A DNA stretch of 25,219 bases, taken from Verrucomicrobia bacterium UBA1319. Its GTDB lineage: Bacteria; Verrucomicrobiota; Verrucomicrobiia; Limisphaerales; UBA1319. Below are positions 1-7,872 of this stretch, piece by piece. A program made the translations under genes and the position numbers. The notes below the pieces were generated by a model. That model saw nothing but the letters and a program-made list of their open reading frames with translations. It was not told where the DNA came from and did no database searches. Within the stretch, counting starts at the first letter, position 1; each line of letters begins with the position of its first letter. The stretch spans positions 13,894-39,112 of the forward strand of contig DBTJ01000056.1 of assembly GCA_002306985.1 (NCBI GenBank), written 5' to 3'.

Positions 1-453
1 CCGGAACAACGGCCCCGCCTGGCTGTCGGGCAGCAGCGAGCGCCCCAGTTTCGTCAATTGAAAACGCTTCCGCCGGCGCGCGACCAATCCGGCGCACTCG
101 CCGATCACGCGGACTAGATGCAACGGCCAAAGGTCTAATTCATTGACTACTTTGCATACGGTGCGAATGGAATTACGGTAAGGCCGGTCCAATTTCAACC
201 GCTCAAACATGAGGCCGACAAATTCGCGATTCAGGTTGCCCGTGGCCGTGGTCGGCGTCCCACCGTTTGCGTCCAAAGCCGCGAGAAACACGCGAAGATT
301 ATTAAAAAAGTCGGCCTCCGCGAAGGCGGATAGCGGCAAATCGCCCGCCAACCGCAACGGGCCATCCGTCTGCTTCCAGTCCGCAATTAGGAGTTTTTGA
401 ATATACACTAGCGGCGGAACGCCTCCGCCCAATGGGAGAGATTCTTTAAGCAT
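1..453 (-). CDS. Hypothetical protein, N-terminal 151 codons; the gene runs off the left edge of the window
   Basis: Manual reverse-complement translation from the ATG at 453-451 gives an open frame with no stop down to position 1 (MLKESLPLGGGVPPLVYIQKLLIADWKQTDGPLRLAGDLPLSAFAEADFFNNLRVFLAALDANGGTPTTATGNLNREFVGLMFERLKLDR...). An in-frame TAA lies 24 nt upstream of the ATG, with an A/T-rich stretch (aaaaaaacggaaataaattc) just before the start. It is absent from the ORF track only because it has no in-window stop. I recognise no family. Confidence 0.5.
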   Translation of the reverse strand, partial: MLKESLPLGGGVPPLVYIQKLLIADWKQTDGPLRLAGDLPLSAFAEADFFNNLRVFLAALDANGGTPTTATGNLNREFVGLMFERLKLDRPYRNSIRTVCKVVNELDLWPLHLVRVIGECAGLVARRRKRFQLTKLGRSLLPDSQAGPLFR

Positions 454-687
454 GAATTTATTTCCGTTTTTTTAGGCTCGCCTGGAATTCAATTATTTTC
501 GAGTACATGGCCACCATCGTGAATATTAGAGACATTTCGAGGCCTGGCCGCAAGTCCTCATTGAAGCACGGCAAGCCGACTCGCTGGTTTAGCCCTAAGT
601 TACACGGTCATCTGGGCGGCTCCGCTAGGGAGCAAAACGCGCGCGCGCGATTCCGTGAGCTCTATTCACGCGCCCTTTTATCCACGC

Positions 688-2811
688 TCAGTGTCCCGTC
701 GCTTTTGAACCGTCGCCCGTCTTCCGGTAATAGAGGATCGCCGATCCCGGAGTGGCGGGAATTTCCAGGCGGAAGGCGGCGAGCCCGGCGCCGGTTACCG
801 CGCGCGTCTCGGCGGAATCCTCAAAACTAACGGTATACCGGGCTTGCGCATCGATGCCGCGCAACGGGAGCGTTTGCGCCAAGTCCAGAGACTGCCCGCG
901 CCGGAAAACCATGGCAAATCCGTCTTGCTCGCGCTCGCGATGGAATTGATAACCGAACCAAGCCGTTTCATTGGTGGCGTGCGAAAATAGGGGGTAAAAA
1001 TCTCCCAGCATGAAGGGGCGTAACTTTCGGTACAACGCGGTGGTGCGTTTCACCGCCGCTTCGACTTCCGGCGAGGGTGTATCCAAGCGGCACTGGGTTT
1101 CGCTTGGGGCGAGGATATTACCGGCCGTCATCGCGCTGCGGAACCCATAAGCGGGCTCCAGTGCGAAGCAACCGCAGCCGTGCAAGGGCACCCAGCGATA
1201 CAGGGCGGCGTTTTGCAGTTGGTCGGGCGTGGGATCGCACTTGCCGCCGCATTGTGAATCGCTGTGCCACAAGGGCAAGCCATAGCGGCAAGCTTCGATA
1301 TCCAACCGCCGCCCGCCACTGGAGCAATTATCGATGATCAAGCCCGGATGCCGTTTTTGCAATTCCGCCCACATGGCGTAGAGTCCTTCGATATGCCGGA
1401 TTTCCGTGATGCCCTGCCGATCCGGCGCGTCGTTGCGCCGCCAGAACCCCAACGGGTCCATGTTAAAATCCCAGCGCAACCAGCCAAGCTGGGCGGCCGT
1501 AATCTGGGTGTCGATAAGGTCCGTAAGCCACTGGCGCGCCACCGGATCATGCAAGCGGAATAGCTGACTCCATTCGCCCTTGGCGGGCATCACCCACTCC
1601 GGGTGCTCTCGGTCGATCCGAGTGCCCGGATGCACTCGCTCCGGCTCGAACCATAGCAAATATTGCAGCCCGGCCGCGCGCACGGCGTCGCCGATGGGCT
1701 TGAGCCCCCGCGGGTATTTATTCGTGTCCACCTCCCAGTTGCCGGTGCCATTCGGAAACCCGCCTGGATACCATTGCTGCGGGTCCATGTCCGACCACAG
1801 CACCTCGACCCCGCGCGCTTTCAACGGCCCGGGCGCGAGGAGGTGCGGTTGCTCGTAAGAACCGTCCGGCGCCGCATAATTGACCGTGCCGCAGATTGGC
1901 GGGTAAACCAGTCGGCCTTCCCGGCGCGGGTAATAATGCGCGAGCGCCAATGAACGAAACAAATTATTGCCGCGCAAATCGTCGCTCCCCCGCCAAAACG
2001 TGATCACGCCGCGGGGTGTGCGCGCCGATTCGCCCGGATGCAGCTTGAAATGCGTGAGTTGCTGGCCCGCGCGCACTCGGAGTTCACCGCTTGGCAGCGT
2101 TTGAAACCCCGCCTCCCACTGGCCTGACCATCCGATGGCGAGCGCCATTCCGCCACCCGGCCAGCCCAGGTTGAAATAAGGCATCCGCCCCTGCGAAGAG
2201 CGCCCGCCCGCCGGCGCGTAAACCCGCTCCCGCGCATCCCCGCCAGCCACGGTTTCCGTCATCGGCGCAAAGCTCAGCGCGGAATTGCCGTCGCCGAGCG
2301 CGTGGTGAATCGTGAACCCGGTCCGCCCTGTATCCAGCCGAAAATCCAAGGCCTGGATCGATTCGAGAATGGGCGTATCCGCCTGGCCGGTGTTCTTGAA
2401 ATACACCACCCAATCGACGGCGGGAAACTCGGGGTAAGTGGCCGCCACACAGCGCACCTCGAGGCCGGTTTTCGGATCGGTCCAAGTGAGCGTTCGAATA
2501 CTTTCGACGGCATTGGTTAGCGAAGCGATCCGGGTGATTCGCACATGATTGCTGTCGAACGCATCCACGCGAGACTCGCGTTGCCAACCGGGTAGCAGCT
2601 CGCTGGATGGCTTCCCGCCATAGGTGAAAGAGAACGGCGCCACCGGCGCGCGGCCAGCCAGATGCTGTTCCATGACCCATCGGAACGCCAGCCCCATTTC
2701 CTCGGGGGTGCCTTCCGCCGCTAGCGCGTTGCCGCCCGCTAAACCGCTCGCGCCAACCAGCAGCAACAGAGCCCAACGCGTGTAACGATTGGAATAGTTC
2801 ATGATTTCCAT
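688..2811 (-). CDS. Secreted alpha-galactosidase, glycoside hydrolase family 36-like (melibiase clan GH-D)
   Basis: ORF 688..2835 (-) of 715 aa. GH36 hallmark motifs as I recall them: nucleophile region 'LRWDFNMDP' (KWDMN-type) and acid/base region 'IDNCSSGGRRLD' (CSSGGGR-type). N-terminal Sec signal peptide (RWALLLLVGASGLAGGNALAAEG). The track start at 2835 is a TTG inside the 89-bp repeat. I prefer the ATG at 2811 (MEIMNYSNRYTRW...), with 2802 as an alternative. Confidence 0.7.
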   Translation of the reverse strand: MEIMNYSNRYTRWALLLLVGASGLAGGNALAAEGTPEEMGLAFRWVMEQHLAGRAPVAPFSFTYGGKPSSELLPGWQRESRVDAFDSNHVRITRIASLTNAVESIRTLTWTDPKTGLEVRCVAATYPEFPAVDWVVYFKNTGQADTPILESIQALDFRLDTGRTGFTIHHALGDGNSALSFAPMTETVAGGDARERVYAPAGGRSSQGRMPYFNLGWPGGGMALAIGWSGQWEAGFQTLPSGELRVRAGQQLTHFKLHPGESARTPRGVITFWRGSDDLRGNNLFRSLALAHYYPRREGRLVYPPICGTVNYAAPDGSYEQPHLLAPGPLKARGVEVLWSDMDPQQWYPGGFPNGTGNWEVDTNKYPRGLKPIGDAVRAAGLQYLLWFEPERVHPGTRIDREHPEWVMPAKGEWSQLFRLHDPVARQWLTDLIDTQITAAQLGWLRWDFNMDPLGFWRRNDAPDRQGITEIRHIEGLYAMWAELQKRHPGLIIDNCSSGGRRLDIEACRYGLPLWHSDSQCGGKCDPTPDQLQNAALYRWVPLHGCGCFALEPAYGFRSAMTAGNILAPSETQCRLDTPSPEVEAAVKRTTALYRKLRPFMLGDFYPLFSHATNETAWFGYQFHREREQDGFAMVFRRGQSLDLAQTLPLRGIDAQARYTVSFEDSAETRAVTGAGLAAFRLEIPATPGSAILYYRKTGDGSKATGH

Positions 2812-2815
2812 GCCC

Positions 2816-2904
2816 CTAGAGTCCTTGAAGCTCAAAACACGTTGTGAACAGATCCAGTTTCAGGAAGCCGGACCGTCAAATAGTTGGGTCCGAGGCTCCG
2901 CCTC
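2816..2904 (+). repeat. Copy 1 of an 89-bp perfect direct repeat (second copy at 23016-23104); contains an imperfect stem-loop agccggacc-N12-ggtcc(ga)ggct
   Basis: Direct comparison by eye: ctagagtccttgaagctcaaaacacgttgtgaacagatccagtttcaggaagccggaccgtcaaatagttgggtccgaggctccgcctc is identical at 2816-2904 and 23016-23104. Flanks diverge immediately on both sides. The element is roughly 51% GC against roughly 60% for its surroundings. Confidence 0.9.
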
Positions 2905-3059
2905 TCCAGGAATGAGTTTTCAGGGCTAGCATGACTTCCCCATGCCGGTTTGACAAGCGCCTTCAAAAAGCTCAAAACGGCACGCACGAACTTTCGCCGC
3001 CCTGACGTGGAACTTCCGCCGCCGCGCTTCAACTAGTCAAAGGCGGCTAATACTTTGAA

Positions 3060-3491
3060 TTACTTCGCACCCTGATCGATCCAGGCGCGAATGAGGCCCA
3101 CTTGCTCGGCCGTCAACGGCTTGCCCATGGGTTTGGGTGGCATCGCCAGGTTTTCATCAATTTGGGCCACGGCGATCAGGAGCGGACTTTTCTCGCTCTT
3201 GCCGGGAACGATCACTTTCCCTTCCTTGCCCCCCTTCAGCAGGGCTTCCAAGTCATCCAAGCGCACACCGGCTTTGGGGCGGTTCTCGCCGTGACATTTG
3301 ATGCAGGCGGCCTCAAATATCGGGCGCACATCCTTGGCATAGGTCAGCCCTTTTTTAGCGGAAGGCGGCGGTAATTTTTCCAGGTTGGGTTCCGCCGCCC
3401 AGGCGCAACCGATCAAGGAAAGAGCCAACGCCGCCAATCCGGTCCGTTTTATGAAACGCGTTTGATGCAACATATTAGTTTTTCCAATCAC
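3060..3491 (-). CDS. Small secreted c-type haem-binding protein carrying only a PSCyt1 (planctomycete cytochrome c) domain
   Basis: 143 aa with a signal peptide (GLAALALSLIGCAWAAEP) and the CxxCH haem motif 'CIKCHGENRPKAGVRLDDLEALLKGGKEGKVIVPGKSEKSPLL...MPPKP...LTAEQVGLIRAWIDQGA'. This matches the PSCyt1 consensus as I recall it (C..CHG..K.GLRLD...PG.P.S.L...MPP...L....I..W). An alternative start is the M at 3473. Confidence 0.75.
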   Translation of the reverse strand: MIGKTNMLHQTRFIKRTGLAALALSLIGCAWAAEPNLEKLPPPSAKKGLTYAKDVRPIFEAACIKCHGENRPKAGVRLDDLEALLKGGKEGKVIVPGKSEKSPLLIAVAQIDENLAMPPKPMGKPLTAEQVGLIRAWIDQGAK

Positions 3492-3654
3492 CCGCCACGA
3501 GCAATCACCAGCCGGGCACCGGCCGCGCTCAACGCGGGTGACATTTTAAGGTTTTGACAAATTAGCGCATGACCGGCGAGGGTGCAACCGGCCCTGCGGC
3601 CCCCACCCATCACCGTTCGAATTCCGCCGCCCGCGAGGCGGTTTAGCACCCTAC

Positions 3655-4170
3655 TTAACCGTGCCGCAAAAACTCCGACATCGCTCGGCCGAACGCGGGC
3701 AGGTCCCGAGGCGTCCGGCTGGAGATCAGGTTGCCATCCTGAACCACGGGTTCATCCACCCAAATGCCCCCGGCATTTTGGAGATCATCCTTGATGCCCA
3801 GCGAACCCGTAACGCGCTTGCCATCCAGGATTTTCGCCGAAATGGGAATCCAGCCTCCGTGGCAGATAAAGGCCACCAGCTTGCCTTGCTCGAAAAACTC
3901 GCGGGTCAAAGCCAGTACCCGGGGGTAACGCCGCAGTTTATCCGGCATAAACCCGCCCGGGATAAGCAATCCGGCGAAATCCGCGCTCCGGGCCTCCTCG
4001 ATGAGCAAATCGGCGACGGCGGGGTAGCCGTGTTTCCCCGCGTAGGTTTTTATTTCCAACCCGGCCGCGCGCGTAACGTAACCGTCCTCCTCCAAGCGCA
4101 GTTTCGGATACCACAATTCAAGTTCCTCATAAAGGTCGTCCACGAAGGCCAGCAGCGATTTCGATTGCAT
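3655..4170 (-). CDS. DJ-1/PfpI family protein (YhbO-like general stress protein / intracellular protease-amidase)
   Basis: Aligns along its length to E. coli YhbO as recalled: 'GKLVAFICHGGWIPISAKIL...GNLISSRTPRDLPAFGRAM', with the nucleophile-elbow Cys in ICHG. The track ORF begins at 4248. I prefer the M at 4170 (MQSKSLLAFVDD...), which matches the family N-terminus and has TTATAT 7 nt upstream. Confidence 0.8.
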   Translation of the reverse strand: MQSKSLLAFVDDLYEELELWYPKLRLEEDGYVTRAAGLEIKTYAGKHGYPAVADLLIEEARSADFAGLLIPGGFMPDKLRRYPRVLALTREFFEQGKLVAFICHGGWIPISAKILDGKRVTGSLGIKDDLQNAGGIWVDEPVVQDGNLISSRTPRDLPAFGRAMSEFLRHG

Positions 4171-4279
4171 GGGAAGATATAAGCCAGGAATGGTGGCGGG
4201 GCAACTTCCCACCCGGGTTCCCCGTTCACTTTCCCCGCTCGACGCCATCCCCCGCGCCGGATAGCATGCGCCATTCCGT

Positions 4280-6646
4280 ATGATTAATGCGCGAAAGGTT
4301 GACCGAACTGTACGAGAGCCGAGGCTGGGGCGTCGCTGCTTTGTTTACTTAGCCATCGCTTGGCTGCTCATGCCGTCCACGGCGTTGCGCGCCCAGAATT
4401 CTAAACCGAACGCGGCCGCCGCTGCGCCGGCGGCCCTGTCCGCCAATCCGGACGCGCAACTGCCCGGAACGCCGGATGAAATCGATCGCGCGATCGCGCA
4501 AATCGAATCCCGGCTCGCGCATGTGCGTGAGCGGGCGACCGCCGCCGCTCCCGAGGCCACCCCGGACGAGCGGGTCGAAAAACAGCGGTTGGTCCAGCAA
4601 TGGACGGCCGCGCTGGACCTGCAATCCCGCCTGTGGCGGCGGTTAAATGACGTTCGCCGCCTCAACCAGGAGCGCGCCACCGAAAGCCAGAACTGGCGCG
4701 GCTTCACCGAGCCCCCGCCCTACTCGCTGGCGTTGGTCGAGGGGCTTCGCGACGCCATCGCGGGGCAGCGCCTCGAAGTGCAAAACCGGCAAATGATGCT
4801 CACGATTTTCGAAAACGGGGTCGAACACGGCGCGGTCCTGCTCGAAAATAGCCGCAAGCAAGCCCGGTTGGTCCGCGACCAGACCGAAGAAACGGACGCG
4901 CCAAGCCCCCGGCGGCTCTGGCTCCTACAGTTGGCTGACGCGCGGGTGCAAGCTCACGAAGCCATGGTCGAAGCGTCCGAAAAAGGGCGGCTCGTCATGC
5001 TCGAATCCCTGAGCGGCCTCCGCCAGTACATCACCTTTCTGGAACGTAAATTGGCCGCCGCCCAAATCCAAGCCCGGTTCACCAAGGCGGATTTCGACGC
5101 CATCCTCGTCCAGCAAAACGACAAACGGGAGGCGTTGCGAATCGAACTTAACGACGTCATCACCAAAGACGCCGAATTACGCCGCGCCCTCGCGGACGCC
5201 CGCGACAGCCTGCGCCAAGCGCAATCGGCCTCCCCCGCCCCACCCGCCGACCGGCTCCAAAGCTTGCGGATCGCCGTGCGGGCGGGGCAAATCCGCGCGG
5301 AAACCAGTGAGTTCAAAGTGGACTTCCTGCGAGGCTTCCAAGTTCTGGCGGATAAGAGCCAGGACTTGTGGGAAGACCGTTTCTGGGCCACATCCAACCA
5401 CTCGCTAGCCGAGTTGCGAAACAAGCGCCAGGTCTGGCTCGACACCTATGAAACGTTGCGCCCCTGGAAAATCTACGCCGAATTGAAACTTTCCGCCGCC
5501 GCGCAAGCTTCAAACGAAGCCAACGGCCTATCCGGCCCGCATGAATCCACGGAGGAACAAGAACTGGCGAAGCAAAGTCAGCCCGCCTTGGATGAACGGG
5601 TCGCGATTTGCCAGCGCGCGTTAAATAAATTCGCCCAGCTGGAAAATCTCCGCGAACGGCTGCTGGCGGACTTGGCGGAGCAAGAAGGAAAGTTATCCTT
5701 CACCAGTAAAGCCCAGTACGTGCTCGATGGCCTCCACGCCTTTCTCGGCCGCCTCTGGAACACCGAACTGTACGTCGCGGAAGCCTCGGTCATCGCCGAC
5801 GGCCAAAAGATTTCCGTCCCGCGCATCATCACGCTCGGCAAAGTCGCCATCGCCCTGGGCATTTTTATGTCCGGAATGGCCGTTGCGCTCTGGGGTCGAG
5901 GCGCGGTGAAACGGACCGCCTTTCGCTGGTTCAAGGCCGGAGATCTGGCCGCCGACATCGCCGCCAAAACCGCCGCCGGTCTGGCTGTGATCATCGCCCT
6001 ATTCGTAGCCATGGCGTCGGTCCGCATTCCCTGGACCATCTTCGCCTTCATGGGCGGCGCGCTGGCCATCGGAGTCGGCTTCGGCGCGCAAACACTCATC
6101 AATAATTTCATCAGCGGCTTGATCTTGCTATTCGAACAGAGCATCCGCGCGGGCGACATTGTGCAGGTGGGCGGCCAACGCGGGCGCGTGGACTTCATCG
6201 GCTTCAGAAACTCGCTGATCCGGCGCCCGGACGGCGTGGACGTGCTGGTGCCCAACAGCAAATTTCTCGAATCGGAAGTCGTCAACTGGACGCTCACGGA
6301 CAACCTCGTGCAATATAAAATTGCCGTGGGCGTAGCCTATGGCTCGTCGTTGAATAAAGTATCCGCCCTCCTCGCGCAGGCCGCGCAGGAACATCCGACC
6401 ACCATGAAAACTCCGGCGCCAAAAGTGTTGCTGGAGGAATTCGGCGACAACACCTTGATGTTCGCGCTGGTATTCTGGATCAGCCTGCGCCCCGGCGTGG
6501 ACGACTCGATGGTTCGCAGCGAATTGCGCCACCGCATCCACGCGCTGCTTGAACAGGCGGGCATCGCCCTCGCCTTCCCGCAACGCGATGTGCATCTGGA
6601 TTCCACTACCCCCATCGAAGTGAAAATCGTGAATCCACCCGCATAA
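4280..6646 (+). CDS. MscS-family mechanosensitive channel with a long N-terminal periplasmic coiled-coil domain (MscK/KefA-like architecture)
   Basis: 788 aa: signal peptide, then about 480 aa of Q/E/R/L-rich coiled coil, three predicted TM helices (aa 520-600), then the MscS core signature 'LINNFISGLILLFEQSIRAGDIVQVGGQRGRVDFIGFRNSLIRRPDGVDVLVPNSKFLESEVVNWT'. Confidence 0.85.
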   Translation: MINARKVDRTVREPRLGRRCFVYLAIAWLLMPSTALRAQNSKPNAAAAAPAALSANPDAQLPGTPDEIDRAIAQIESRLAHVRERATAAAPEATPDERVEKQRLVQQWTAALDLQSRLWRRLNDVRRLNQERATESQNWRGFTEPPPYSLALVEGLRDAIAGQRLEVQNRQMMLTIFENGVEHGAVLLENSRKQARLVRDQTEETDAPSPRRLWLLQLADARVQAHEAMVEASEKGRLVMLESLSGLRQYITFLERKLAAAQIQARFTKADFDAILVQQNDKREALRIELNDVITKDAELRRALADARDSLRQAQSASPAPPADRLQSLRIAVRAGQIRAETSEFKVDFLRGFQVLADKSQDLWEDRFWATSNHSLAELRNKRQVWLDTYETLRPWKIYAELKLSAAAQASNEANGLSGPHESTEEQELAKQSQPALDERVAICQRALNKFAQLENLRERLLADLAEQEGKLSFTSKAQYVLDGLHAFLGRLWNTELYVAEASVIADGQKISVPRIITLGKVAIALGIFMSGMAVALWGRGAVKRTAFRWFKAGDLAADIAAKTAAGLAVIIALFVAMASVRIPWTIFAFMGGALAIGVGFGAQTLINNFISGLILLFEQSIRAGDIVQVGGQRGRVDFIGFRNSLIRRPDGVDVLVPNSKFLESEVVNWTLTDNLVQYKIAVGVAYGSSLNKVSALLAQAAQEHPTTMKTPAPKVLLEEFGDNTLMFALVFWISLRPGVDDSMVRSELRHRIHALLEQAGIALAFPQRDVHLDSTTPIEVKIVNPPA

Positions 6647-6794
6647 ATCACACCCCAATCCACCCAGCAAGCCGCCAGCGGTAGTTTGCTTTCACCGCGG
6701 CCGGGGCTTTAACCCGGCCTCCCAGGTCAAGGCGTAAAACAGCATCACATCGGCGTATAAAAAGCCCGAAGCCAAATTGGCGACGAATTGCCGC

Positions 6795-7097
6795 TCACCG
6801 CCACCCTAATGAAAGGCCGCCGAACGCCAACCTCTGGATCATCGCGGGAACAACCTGAAATTCCCGCGTCAGCTTGGCCAATTTGTCCCCATCGTGGCAC
6901 CCTTCAACCAAACCTAATCCCATGTCGGTGGCGGTGACGCCCATGCCCATGATAATAGGGGCGGAAGCAATATCTCCTCCCGTTTCACGCCCGGCGCCAG
7001 CCAGCCATTCCGCAAATCCCGCCAAGGCGCCGCGCGGCGCGCCAGGCCAGATGTTTTTCCAGCAAGAGAGCCGTGTTCGCCTAGCCGCGAAAATCAT
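6795..7097 (-). CDS. Hypothetical small ORF, possibly a gene remnant; the frame stays open upstream to about 7252 without a convincing start
   Basis: 100-aa ORF whose C-terminal half looks protein-like (AGAGRETGGDIASAPIIMGMGVTATDMGLGLVEGCHDGDKLAKLTREFQVVPAMIQ). Third-position GC is only about 60% against about 75% in confident genes here. The same-frame stretch upstream (7098-7252) is Arg/Trp-rich and not protein-like. I recognise no family. Confidence 0.25.
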   Translation of the reverse strand: MIFAARRTRLSCWKNIWPGAPRGALAGFAEWLAGAGRETGGDIASAPIIMGMGVTATDMGLGLVEGCHDGDKLAKLTREFQVVPAMIQRLAFGGLSLGWR

Positions 7098-7356
7098 CCT
7101 CCAGGCAACCGGACGCCAGCGCCCTAATCGTATCGAAATACCAGGCGCATTCAGGATACGACGCCAAGGGTCGCCCCTCCAATTCTTGCAGCGTTTGGCG
7201 CCATCAGCGCGACAAGTGACGCCGCAAATCCGGGTAGCGTTTGTCCCCCGTTGCTAGCTCACAATATCCCAAAGTCGAGTTCAAGGTGACCAGGTACGCG
7301 CCTTCGTTTCGGTATTCCGCGAGTTGGGATAAATCATTGCCGGGCGACCGTAATTC

Positions 7357-7686
7357 CTAGGCTGCTATCGGAATTAGGAGGTCCATGAACTTGCGCATTT
7401 GTTTTTTGGCGGGCGCTCTTTCCGCCGAGTTTTTGAAGGCGAGATTAGCATAAGCTGGCGCCGGAATGGCGAACGGATAAAGGCGGCCTGCGGGGACTAT
7501 GTCGCAGTCTTTCAAAACTCGCGAGCGAGACGCCTCCGGCTTTTCCAGCCAGGCGTCAAATCCACGCCTCAAACGTTGCGCCACCCCCGCGACCACCCGC
7601 GCCGGGGACGTGTCCGATTGGGCGGGCGGAGTTTTCTCGAACATCCCCGCTAGAGCGGGGTTGGTGGCGACCAAATGGGCATTCAC
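7357..7686 (-). CDS. Hypothetical small ORF (109 aa, GTG start); may be spurious or a fragment
   Basis: ORF-track entry starting at GTG 7686. No recognisable motif. It is in a different frame from 6795..7097, with a 259-bp gap between them. The surrounding 1.4 kb has no confident gene. Confidence 0.2.
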   Translation of the reverse strand: MNAHLVATNPALAGMFEKTPPAQSDTSPARVVAGVAQRLRRGFDAWLEKPEASRSRVLKDCDIVPAGRLYPFAIPAPAYANLAFKNSAERAPAKKQMRKFMDLLIPIAA

Positions 7687-7795
7687 CCAAACCGCCAGGA
7701 AAGGAACGATCGGCAGCCATCGCAGGAAACCACGCGGGTGAATTTAAGCGGCCTATTTTCGGCCACCCCAAAAGACCCGTTGATTATTGCGAGAT

Positions 7796-7824
7796 TTGAC
7801 AATTAGCTAAACTGTGTGATAAGT
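7796..7824 (+). promoter_or_regulatory. Sigma70-like promoter candidate: TTGACA (7796-7801), 17-nt spacer, ATAAGT (7819-7824); a second TATAAGT lies at 7833-7839
   Basis: Seen directly: gatTTGACAattagctaaactgtgtgATAAGTtggcgctgTATAAGT. An AT-rich island in GC-rich DNA, about 270 nt upstream of the flotillin start on the same strand. Confidence 0.4.
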
Positions 7825-7848
7825 TGGCGCTGTATAAGTCAGCCTAAG

Positions 7849-7872
7849 TTGTCTTTCCTTCCTGAAAGACAA
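7849..7872 (+). promoter_or_regulatory. Perfect 9-bp inverted repeat ttgtctttc / gaaagacaa around a 6-nt loop (cttcct), about 25 nt downstream of the candidate -10
   Basis: Seen directly. There is no downstream U-tract, so it is not a classical terminator. It may be an operator or a 5'-leader hairpin for the flotillin transcript. Confidence 0.4.

Noticed and set aside
507-830. 107-aa plus-strand ORF spanning the GH36 3' end
   Set aside because: Arg/Pro/Ser-rich low-complexity translation. Most of it overlaps the well-supported GH36 gene in antisense.
2832-3032. 66-aa minus-strand ORF reading through repeat copy 1, considered as a possible repeat-encoded peptide
   Set aside because: The equivalent frame in copy 2 is closed by a stop right after the repeat. 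No common coding frame spans both copies, so the repeat is not a conserved peptide gene.
3604-3625. tRNA-like T-loop sequence gttcgaattcc (and a similar ggttcgaatgc on the minus strand near 16785-16795)
   Set aside because: The flanking 5 nt cannot form the T-stem, and no acceptor, D or anticodon arms can be drawn. I conclude there is no tRNA gene in the window.
6700-6725. Weak hairpin gccgggg-cttta-acccggc after the MscS stop codon, considered as a terminator
   Set aside because: The stem is imperfect and there is no following T-tract. It is too weak to annotate.
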